From positions 89,256-153,255 of the forward strand of contig MCFE01000151.1 in the NCBI GenBank assembly GCA_002104905.1: a DNA stretch of 64,000 nt, in the 5' to 3' direction. A program made the position numbers and the translations under genes. The stretch comes from Basidiobolus meristosporus CBS 931.73 (taxonomy: Eukaryota; Fungi; Basidiobolomycota). The notes below the pieces were generated by a model, which did not search any database, was not told where the DNA came from, and was given only the letters and a program-made list of their open reading frames with translations. Shown one piece after another: positions 54,833 through 64,000 of this stretch; the stretch's first letter is position 1; every line of letters starts with the position of its first letter.

Positions 54833-55733
54833 TTAGGGTTGGGGGGATGATCATCACCAATGGGTGAAATCTTTATTTAAATAATAAATAAAGAAGCCAA
54901 GTTTGAATATGAATATCTGAGATGCAGGAAGCCTACAAGATAAACTTGGACTTTGCTGTATCCCAAATATCCTCAATATCAAAGTCTAGAGGAGAGTGTA
55001 GCAAGACTGCTTGTTCACTGTAGTATTTCTTGAGGAAGTTTGTGACTCGAAGGGAAGGAGAGTTTTTCAACAAGCTGGTAAATCTTTTGAGGAGTTCTTT
55101 TTCCAGAGAGAATGGCACAAAGAGTGGAATGTCCAAATGATGTCTGAATATATGCTCTGAGAGCTCCCAATCTAGCATATTTTTGACTTCCTCTGTAAAA
55201 TCTTCAACAATATCTTTGTCAAGAATAACTTCCAAGAGATCCCTGGCAATGTACTGAATGTTAATAATCTTGGGCATATGAATACCTAGGTCCTTGAGGT
55301 AGTTTCTTTGTTCTGATATTGGGAGATATCCTGCATTTCTGAAATAGCAAACAGCCCAGTTGGCAGTAGGAGGAGTATCAAGGCTGACAGGGAATCTTCT
55401 TCTGGCTTTAGAGTGCACTGGCTTAGGAGACTGTCTTGATGGAAGGGCAGCTGGTTTTGGATGAGCTTGAAGTGCTTGGGAGTAGGTCTGAGTACAAGTA
55501 GTAGAAGTTCCTGGTTGCTGAGAATTTTCAGATTGACTGGATGAAGAGCTAATTGAGGGGTTGCAAGGTAAGGAAGAAGCTGAAAGAGAAGTGGAGAGGG
55601 CTGGGTGAAGTTCAGAAAGAGTTTTGAAAAGAATTTGGGTCTGAGATTTCAACATTGAGTTTTCAGCATCAAGAAGAGAAACTCTTTGTTCAAGGTAAGA
55701 AGTCTGTAAAGAGTGAAAGTTAGGTAAAGACAT
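54833..55733 (-). mobile_element. Unit C: ORF1-only element with the shared 3' terminus
   Basis: Intact 266-aa ORF (54933-55733) homologous to ORF1 of unit A2, followed about 40 nt later by the double hairpin and CCCCCCAACCCTAA; no RT sequence. Confidence 0.75.
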
Positions 55734-58700
55734 GGGTTAGGGTCAGGGTTAGGGGGAGACAGTCACCAACAAGTGAAATCTTTATTTTGGTTGAAACAAA
55801 GAAGCCAGCGCTACTGTTGTAGCTTTGATACAAGAGTGTTTAGCTGAGGGGAATTTGTAGGTAAGTTAATAAGAAGTGATGATAGTTCTTCAGTGCTCAA
55901 GACACTGTTCAGTGGGAAGGGGGGTAGCAAGAGAGGTAAGAATGACTTGTGAGCAACATTAATGAGGGGAATGTGATAAGGATTGATATTCATCATAAAG
56001 GGAGTGTGCTGCTGCAGATATTGCTGCCAAAGGTCTGTCAAGTACTTCAGGTAGGCCAGCTTGGGTTTTTCTGACTGCAGAATATAGTGAGGAAACTTCT
56101 TGACTTCAGGATCTCCAAGTATAGTTCTCCAGCAGGAGCCAGGTGTTGTGTGGTGTGTTCTCTTCCAGGCCTTATCAGTGGGTTGTTGCAGTTGTGAAGT
56201 CTGAGGTATAATCTGGTTCTAAGGTAGAGAAGTCTGATCTTATAGGGCATAAACCCAAAAGCACCAAGAATAGCATGTCTGTAGGGGCATTCAGGCAAAT
56301 GAGGCACCAAGGAGGTAATGCACCATACTGCAAACTTGTCAAGCTTAGTGCAGTCTCTAGAAGTAAGAGAGAGAAGTGGTAAGCCAAATTCCAGGACAGG
56401 GAAGACAAACTGCTTGAGTAGAAGGAGGCACCTGGGAGCTGAAGTTGTAGGAGGAGTAACAGCCAGTAGCTTGTGGAGTGCCTGTCTTGCCAGGATAATT
56501 CTCTTCTTCAGATGTGATCCAGAGTCTAGTCCAGTAGGAAGGAAAAGAAAGCCAAGATATGTAGCAGAAACCTGAGCAGGTAGAGTGGAGTTCTCCAAGT
56601 TGATGGGAGAGCCCAAAGGTACTGTCTTTGCAATGGAAAGCCGGAGATTATTCTTCTGCAGATACTGGTGGATGGTCTGGGAGTCTTGTTGCACATTGGA
56701 GGAGGATATTCTGATGTCATCAGCAAAGAGAGTAACCAGGCAGTCAGCTGAGAGTCTTGGGAAATCATTCAGGAAGATGGCAAACAGTATAGGACCAAGC
56801 ACAGAGCCCTGAACCACTCCATTAGGAACTGAGAACACAGCTGATTGCTCACTTGGGTGCAGAATTCTTGCTTGTGGATCCAGAAACAGAGACCTGACAA
56901 GGAGGGTGAGAGAGGTACTGGAGAAGCATTGCAACTTGGACCAAAGCAGATTTCTGTCAACTGAATCAAAGGCCTTAGTATTATCAAACAGAACTGAGGG
57001 ATACTTGCACTGGAGAGAGTGATCTTGGCTAAGTATGACTGCATATTCCAAGGAGAGGCCAGGAACAAAGCCAAACTGTGCAGGATGAAACTTGAGGGAG
57101 TCAGAGTAGAGCTCCTGAGCAAGCAGAAGCTCAAGCACCTTTCTGCAGGTGGGCAGCAGAGATATTGGCCTGTAGGAGCTAGGATCCAGGTGCTTTCCTT
57201 TACCCTTGTACAGTGGCAGAACATTTGCAAAGGACCATTCCTCAGGAGTAGAAAGCTGGGCTGAGCATTGCTGAAACAGTGGAAGCAGAAGTGCAGACAT
57301 GGCCTTGGTACTAGTCTTCAGAAGCTCACAAGAGATTGTGTCCACACCTGGAGCAGTAGAGTTGGGAAGCCTCTTGAGCACATTATGGATTCTCCTTTGA
57401 TCAAGTGCAAGTGGGATGGGCAGAGTCTTGAAGTCAGGATGAAAGCCAGGAGTTGCGTACTGCTTTGTAGAGAAGAAGATGTTAGCCAGCTGTTCTGTTG
57501 AAGGTAACTTCCTGGAAGAGGGCCTCATTGCCCTGTAGAGTCTTGATACTGTTCTTGTTATAGAGTTGGAAGATTGCAGAGGCAAAGAACTCATAATATG
57601 ATCCCAGAGCTGAGTATGCAGAGTGTGGTGAATTGCCTTGGAGTGGTGCATTGCTGTCAGGAGGAGTTTCTCTGTTTTTGGGTTAGGGAAACTCAGGTAG
57701 CTTTGTTGCAGGGCTGAAACAATGGATTCCCATTTTCTTGAGGTAACAGCAGTAGTCTTGCATGGCAGTGTGAGGGAGGCAGACACCAGAATCAGATGCT
57801 TCACAAAGAGCAAGGCATAGTTGAGATCATCTGGCAGAGAAAGTTGCAAACTGGCAAGCTTCAAGTAGTTCCCAAAGTCTTTCTTCTGATTCTTGGTAGC
57901 TTTGTGGGTGAGCACAGTAAGTTTTGGCAGCTTCTTCTTCACAACTGGTTGCATAGAAAGGGACCAGGCTGGGTGGTCAGAGGCTCTCAAGGATCCTAGC
58001 TCAGCTCCAGAGAATTGCTTAACTTCATTCACAAAGTAGAGGGCAGCAGCAGAAGGGCAGATCCAGTCAACACATTTTTCTCAGATTGAGCACCTAGTGC
58101 TAGCAGATGGCTTTCTCTCAGGAAGTTCAGTAGGAATGTAGACCTTGGCTTCATTCTTGCAGTCAGAGTAGTCTTGTTCTCAGGATGGGGAATGTTGAGA
58201 TCTCCACGCAAGATAACAGGTGTTGATATAGATTGTTGGTATTGCCAAACCTTCTGGCATATAACTTGCACTTCCTGAAGGGCAAGACTTGGAGGCAGAT
58301 AGCAGAGCACCAGACTGATAGTTGGCAACTGGAGAGCAGCACAGTAAGGGGAGTAAAGAGGAACACAGAGCTGAAGAGTATTGATGGTAGAAGAGATGAA
58401 GTAGATAGAGGAGGTATTCTTTGTTCTAGGAGTAGAAAAGCAATATAGATTAGTCAAAAGTATAGAGGGTAGCTGGACATCAATCAAACACAGGAGGGAA
58501 AATCTTGAGAGAAGTCTCCCTAGAGTTGGTCTTGATGGCTGTATGCTGTTGCAGTTAAGCAACAGAACTCCAGGTAGTCAGGCAGAGGTTGTAGCTGTTG
58601 TAAAAATTCGTATTTCCACCTAAATATTCACCTAACTTAGTCACTTAGATCATCACCTTCAAATCCTAGAGAATACTGACCAAATTCCTTGTTGGGATTT

Positions 58701-61700
58701 ACTTAGAATATTTTCACCAAAATGCCAGATACCCAGAACATGAAAATTCTCAAAGTTGTCCAAACAGCCCCAAACCTTGCACACATGATCTTGGGACCTT
58801 CCTTAACCTATTCTACATGTTTGTAATGCCAAGACCAGGTAAAAAGTATAATACTACTTTTACATTCAATAAATCATTAAGTGAAAACCACTTAATCTAC
58901 TTGTTCTCCCAATCACTTCCAATATCTCTAAGACTCTTACAACAGGTTATGAGCCCCAAGCTGTCACTCTCTGCAATGTCTACTACTGCTATTACTGGAA
59001 TTTTTCCCTCTGCTGAAAAGTTGGATGGATCCAACTACCAAGTGTGGAAGGTGAAGATGAAGATGCTGCTACAAGAAAGAGGCCTTTGGGATATTGTCAT
59101 GGGAGAAGAATGCCCTCCTAAAAACGTGGGAGAGGAAGCCTTGAAGTACCAGAAGAAAGAACAAAGTGCCTTTAACTGCATTTGCCTTAATGTCAAGGAC
59201 AAATTGCTAATTCAATGCTCAAGAGCAAAAACGGCAAAGAATGCCTGGAAGGCATTAGAAGACACCTACCAGTCATGTTCAGCTGCCAAGAAAATGTATC
59301 TGAGAAGAAAATTCTTTACTACAAAGATGCTGCCAGGAGAAGAAATGAAAAATCTATTTAACAGAATTACCCTGCTGGTAAATGAGATGGAATCTGTGGG
59401 CATACCAACTACTGATGAGGATATGCTAGTTACCATCCTGAATAGCCTGACAGACGAGTTTAAGGGCCTTGTATCAGCCCTAGAGTCCAGAACTGAAGAT
59501 TTGACCTTAAATTACGTATATGGAAGGCTCCTGGATGAAGAATTAAGAAAATCAAGTGCCAATAAGAAGGAAGAAGAAAATGCTTTAATAAGCAATGATA
59601 ACCAACAAAGGAGGTACCCAAGACCCTACAAAGGCAACAGCAACCTATTTTGCAACTACTGCAAAAGGAAAGGACACACATCAGACCGGTGTTTCAAAAT
59701 GAGAGATTATCAGCAAAAGAAGCCTGAATATGGAAATGCTGCAACGACTGAAGATAGACTATTCATATCTGCACTAAATATGACCACAAACAAGGATTCT
59801 CAGATGTGGTATATTGACTCTGGAGCTTCTCAACACTTTACACACCAAAAAGAACTTTTTACCCAATATCAAGAAATTCCAATAAAGAAGGTTTTCATGG
59901 GTGACAATAGAACACTTGATGCAGTGGGAGAAGGAACTATCCAAGTAAACCTTAGAAGCAGTGAAGGAAGCCATACACTGACCTTTAAAGAAGTACTCTA
60001 TGTACCAGAAATAGCCAAGAACCTACTCTCTGTAAGCAAGGCCACAGCAGAAGGACTCAGTTTCAGTTTTGACAATTCTGGATGCAGGATCACTGATCAA
60101 AATGGTGCTCATATTGCTTTGGGCATCAGAGATCAGAATCTATACAAGTTGACTTATATTCCATCATATCTGGAAGCCAATATAAGTAACTTAAATGAAG
60201 AAACACCAATGCTTTGGCACAGGAGATTTGGGCACATCAATTTTGATTATTTGCGTAAAATGATCAAAGATCAGCTAATTTCTGGAGTGAAAATTGATCC
60301 CCCAGCTATTTTGGAGCACTGTGAAGCCTGCATATATGGGAAACAAGCCAGACAACTGTTCAAGAGCTCTGGGTTAATCAAAACTAAGAAAAAATTAGAT
60401 CTAATTCACTCAGATCTGTGTGGACCTATGCAAAATTTATCCTTAGGTGGGATGAAGTATTTAATCACTTTTATTGATGATTATACAAGATACACATGGG
60501 TCTACTTCATGGAGAGAAAGGAAGAAGCTCTGTCTAAGTTCAGGGAGTTTAAAGCCATGGTGGAGAGAGAAACTGGTGAAAAAATCAAGAAAATACGCTC
60601 TGACAATGGTGGAGAATATACCTCCAAACTCTTCATCCACTTCTGTAAAATTCATGGGATAAAGCAAGAGACTACTGTACCATACTCCCCACAGCAAAAT
60701 GGAGTAGCAAAACGAGCTAACAGATCAATAATTGATATGGCAAGATCCATGATCCATGATCAAAAATTATCCTATGATTTTTGGGCGGAATCAGTTGCCA
60801 CTGCTGTATATCTTAAAAATAGGAGTTATAACAGAATACTTCGTGATTCTACTCCATTTGAAGCATGGTATGGATACAGACCAAGTGCAGAACATCTAAG
60901 AATATTTGGGTGTACAGCATATGCCAAAAAACTGGCTGGAAATCAGTAAAATTTGAGCCAAAAAGTGTAAAATGCATATTTTTGGGCTACTGCAATGAGA
61001 GTAAGGCATACAGACTCTACAATACCAAAGCAAAGAAGCAGATCAAGTCCAGGGATGTGTTGTTTGATGAAAATTCAAAATTTTCACAAAAAATGACATC
61101 AGATGATGACAAAAACTTGATCTCAAGTCCACCAATTGTCAGGATTGAATCAGAGCAAAACAATGAAAATTTTTTCACTCCAGAGGACTCTACAACCGTG
61201 GTTCAGCCAGAATCAGTGCCCAGGAATATTCCAGAAGTGATCATTCCAGTATCAAATGCCCGGAGATCCAATTGGACAAGAAACAGCCCAAATTACTATA
61301 TCAAATTGGGTACAAACTTAGCCTATGCCTATTCAGTCCATATTGATGAACCCCAGACTGTAAAAGAGGCCCTAAATAGCCCTCAGACAAAGTTTTGGAG
61401 ATCTGCAATGACTGAGGAATATCAGGCCCTGATGGAAAATCAAACTTGGGACTTAGTCAAATTACCAATCAACCAAAAATCAATTGGATGCAGATGGGTC
61501 CTCAAGACAAAATACAAGGCTGATGGTACAATTGAAAGATACAAAGCAAGACTTGTAGCCAAAGGATACTCTCAAACAAAAGGACTTGACTATACTGAGA
61601 CCTTTGCACCGGTAGCCAAGTTTGATTCCATCAGATTAATATTGGCTATGGCAGCCAAATATAAGTTTTTTACTCATCAAATGGATGTAAAAACTGCATT

Positions 61701-63793
61701 TTTGAATGGAGAACTTGCTGAGGACGTGTATATGAACCAGCCTGATGGATTTGCTGACCAAAATAGCCCCCATTTGGTCTGCAAGCTTAAAAAGTCACTA
61801 TATGGTCTCAAACAATCACCAAGAGCCTGGAATTGCAAGATAGATTCTTATTTGGAATCTTTGAGTTTCAAAAGGAGTAATGCTGACTATAGTATATACT
61901 ATAAGCCAGATAGAGCAAATCCAGCTCTATTAGCTCTATATGTGGATGATCTTATTATAGCCGCCAATAACCTAGAAACATTGGAAGAGACTAAATCCAA
62001 CCTATCTAAGGAGTTCAAGATGTCCAATCTAGGAGGACTCAGTCACTACTTAGGGATTAAGTTCTCCATAGACAGAAGTACCCAGACTATTACCCTAAGT
62101 CAATCCAAGTATATTCAAGATATACTAAAGAAGTACAAAATGGAAGACTGTAAACCGGCAGCTACCCCAATGGAGACAAACCTTAACTTGGTCAAAACTC
62201 AACCAAATCAAGAGAGCTTGGTGCCATCTGAAAGCCCTGACTTTCCTTATCAATCTATGGTTGGCAGTCTGATGTATATCATGCTTGGAACACGTCCAGA
62301 TATCTCATATTCAGTGGGAGTTGTCAGCCAACATAATCAGAACTATGGATCTGATCATATTGCAGCAGTTAAGTGGATTTTTAGATACCTAAAAGGAACT
62401 GCTGATATCTGCTTAAGATACACTTATAAGGATTCAGAACAGGACCTTGTGGGATACTCTGATGCTGATTGGGGATGAAATTTGGAAGACAGAAGATCCA
62501 CCACAGGATACACCTTTCTTTACTGTAAAGGAGCAATTTCATGGAATTCAAGAAAGCAACCAACCATAGCACTTTCTACTACAGAGGCAGAGTATATGGC
62601 AGCCTGTAAAGCTACAAAAGAAGCAATGTGGTTAAGAAAGCTCTTTGCAGATTTAGGCCTATGTCAAAAAACGTCTTTTACTTTATTTCAAGATAATCAA
62701 GGATGTATACAATTAGGTAGAAATCCAACTTTTCATGCTAGAACCAAGCACATAGATATTAGACATCATTTCATACAAGAAGCTATAGAGAATAACTTAG
62801 TTAGCTTAGTTTACTGTCCTACAGAGGAAATGATTGCAGATATATTTACCAAACCATTAGCTAGAGACAAGTTTGAATATCTTAGGTCAAAATTAGGACT
62901 AGTCAGTATGAACATTTAGCTGAGTGGGAGTGTTGTAAAAATTTGTATTTCCACCTAAATATTCACCTAACTTAGTCACTTAGATCATCACCTTCAAATC
63001 CTAGAGAATACTGACCAAATTCCTTGTTGGGATTTACTTAGAATATTTTCACCAAAATGCCAGGTACCCAGAACATGAAAATTCTCAAAGTTGTCCAAAC
63101 AGCCCCAAACCTTGCACACATGATCTTGGGACCTTCCTTAACCTATTCTACGTGTTTGTAATGCCAAGACCAGGTAAAAAGTATAAATACTGCTTTTACA
63201 TTCAATAAATCATTAAGTGAAAACCACATAATCTACTTGTTCTCCCAATCACTTCCAATATCTCCAAGACTCTTACAACAGTAGCTTCTTCAGAGGCAGC
63301 ATTGACAATGTGACCTGCAGAGTCGCAGAGCTCTTCAAATGGTGCATCACTTAAGTCAGCAAGGAGGGAAATGGCATGATTCTTGAGGAAGTATGCCGCA
63401 TCATAGGAGGGGGCTTGTCTCTTGATGGCAGCAAAGAAAGACAGAATGGCAACATGGGCTGGAGGCTTGTAGAACAGTAGAGAGTCAGAGGATTCAGATT
63501 CTTCAGGCACTATCTTGAAGTCAGTTTTCAGCCAGTTAAGGTTCTTCTCCACAAAGGCAACAAATGGGTCAGCAATGTTTTGGTCTAGGATAACCTCCAG
63601 AATCTTCCCTTTTCTCCAGGCCAGGTTGACAATTCTTGAGAGCTGAATATTGCATGCCCTGAGTGCTTTCCTGATGTTGGAAATGGGAGTCCAGGGAACT
63701 TGCTTCAAGTACACCACAGTCCAGGTAGAAGCTGGTGGTAGGTTTGCTGGGGGCTTGTAAGTCCTTCTGTGTTGCAATGGAGCTGCAGTAGTC
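55734..63793 (-). mobile_element. Non-LTR unit A2: 5'-truncated ORF1 + APE endonuclease + RT, interrupted by a Copia insertion
   Basis: EN: LLLNCNSI, CYLPPS, GDLN, CVDWI, SDH. RT: APGVD, PLYKGKG..DPSSYRPISLL, QFGF, KAFDSV, QGSVLGPILF, FADD. Frameshifts near 58085 and 56170. ORF1 at 63281-63793 continues at 58578-58595. Confidence 0.92.
58596..63280 (+). mobile_element. Full-length Ty1/Copia element, 5-bp TSD GTAGC
   Basis: LTRs 58596-58944 and 62931-63280 (about 7 differences seen); GTAGC at 58591-58595 and 63281-63285; PBS GGTTATGAGCCC; PPT TGAGTGGGAG; gag(CCHC)-PR(DSGAS)-IN-RT(YVDD)-RH; one frameshift at about 60947 and one stop at 62479. Confidence 0.97.
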
Positions 63794-64000
63794 TTAGGGG
63801 AGGGAAAGTCACCAAGTTGGTGAAATCTTTATTTGAGTTAAGAACTAATCTAAGTACAAATAAAGAAGCCAATTAAGAGGTCTAGAACCTCTCTAATAAG
63901 TAATCTGACTTATGTTTTGTTTCATCTCTAATGTTTGTTTCAATAAAGTAAAGCTCATCAGGGGTAAATATAAAACTCAGGGGTTTTGAGGGAAGTACAA
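63794..64000 (-). mobile_element. Non-LTR unit B2, 3' end (continues off the window)
   Basis: Nearly identical to 53274-53480 (TTAGGGGAGGGAAAGTCACCAAGTTGGTGAAATCTTTATTTG...). Confidence 0.9.

Noticed and set aside
54841-54897. Hammerhead ribozyme in the terminal double hairpin (GATGA...GAAA)
   Set aside because: No CUGANGA core in any copy, no U-H cleavage site after the stem, and the resemblance is antisense to the ORFs.
56047-58032. Penelope-like (Athena/Coprina) identity of the chain
   Set aside because: The RT has LINE-type motifs (APGxD, YRPISLL, QGSVLGP, FADD) and an upstream APE endonuclease, with no GIY-YIG domain or pseudo-LTRs.

Overview
Eukaryotic window from a fungus (GT-AG introns; an early-diverging lineage is my inference). 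It has three parts. (1) About 1-27.7 kb is a CpG-depleted retrotransposon graveyard: one near-intact Ty3/Gypsy element plus two more LTR copies, and several Ty1/Copia copies of different ages, surrounding a C2H2 zinc-finger gene island. (2) About 27.7-50 kb is a housekeeping block: GPAT, complex I 75-kDa subunit, CIA30-family protein, Ppz phosphatase, Pmt1, Hse1, Vma9, tyrosinase, Ect1. (3) From 52.36 kb to the window end is a head-to-tail chain of minus-strand non-LTR (APE-RT) retroelements. Every unit begins, on the + strand, with TTAGGG-like sequence followed by a conserved double hairpin. The chain includes an ORF1-only unit, and its first unit cuts off the 5' end of a GST-like gene. This chain is the most striking signal: it resembles a HeT-A/TART-like telomere-attached retroelement system. 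All alignments and translations outside the ORF track were done by eye; none were computed.
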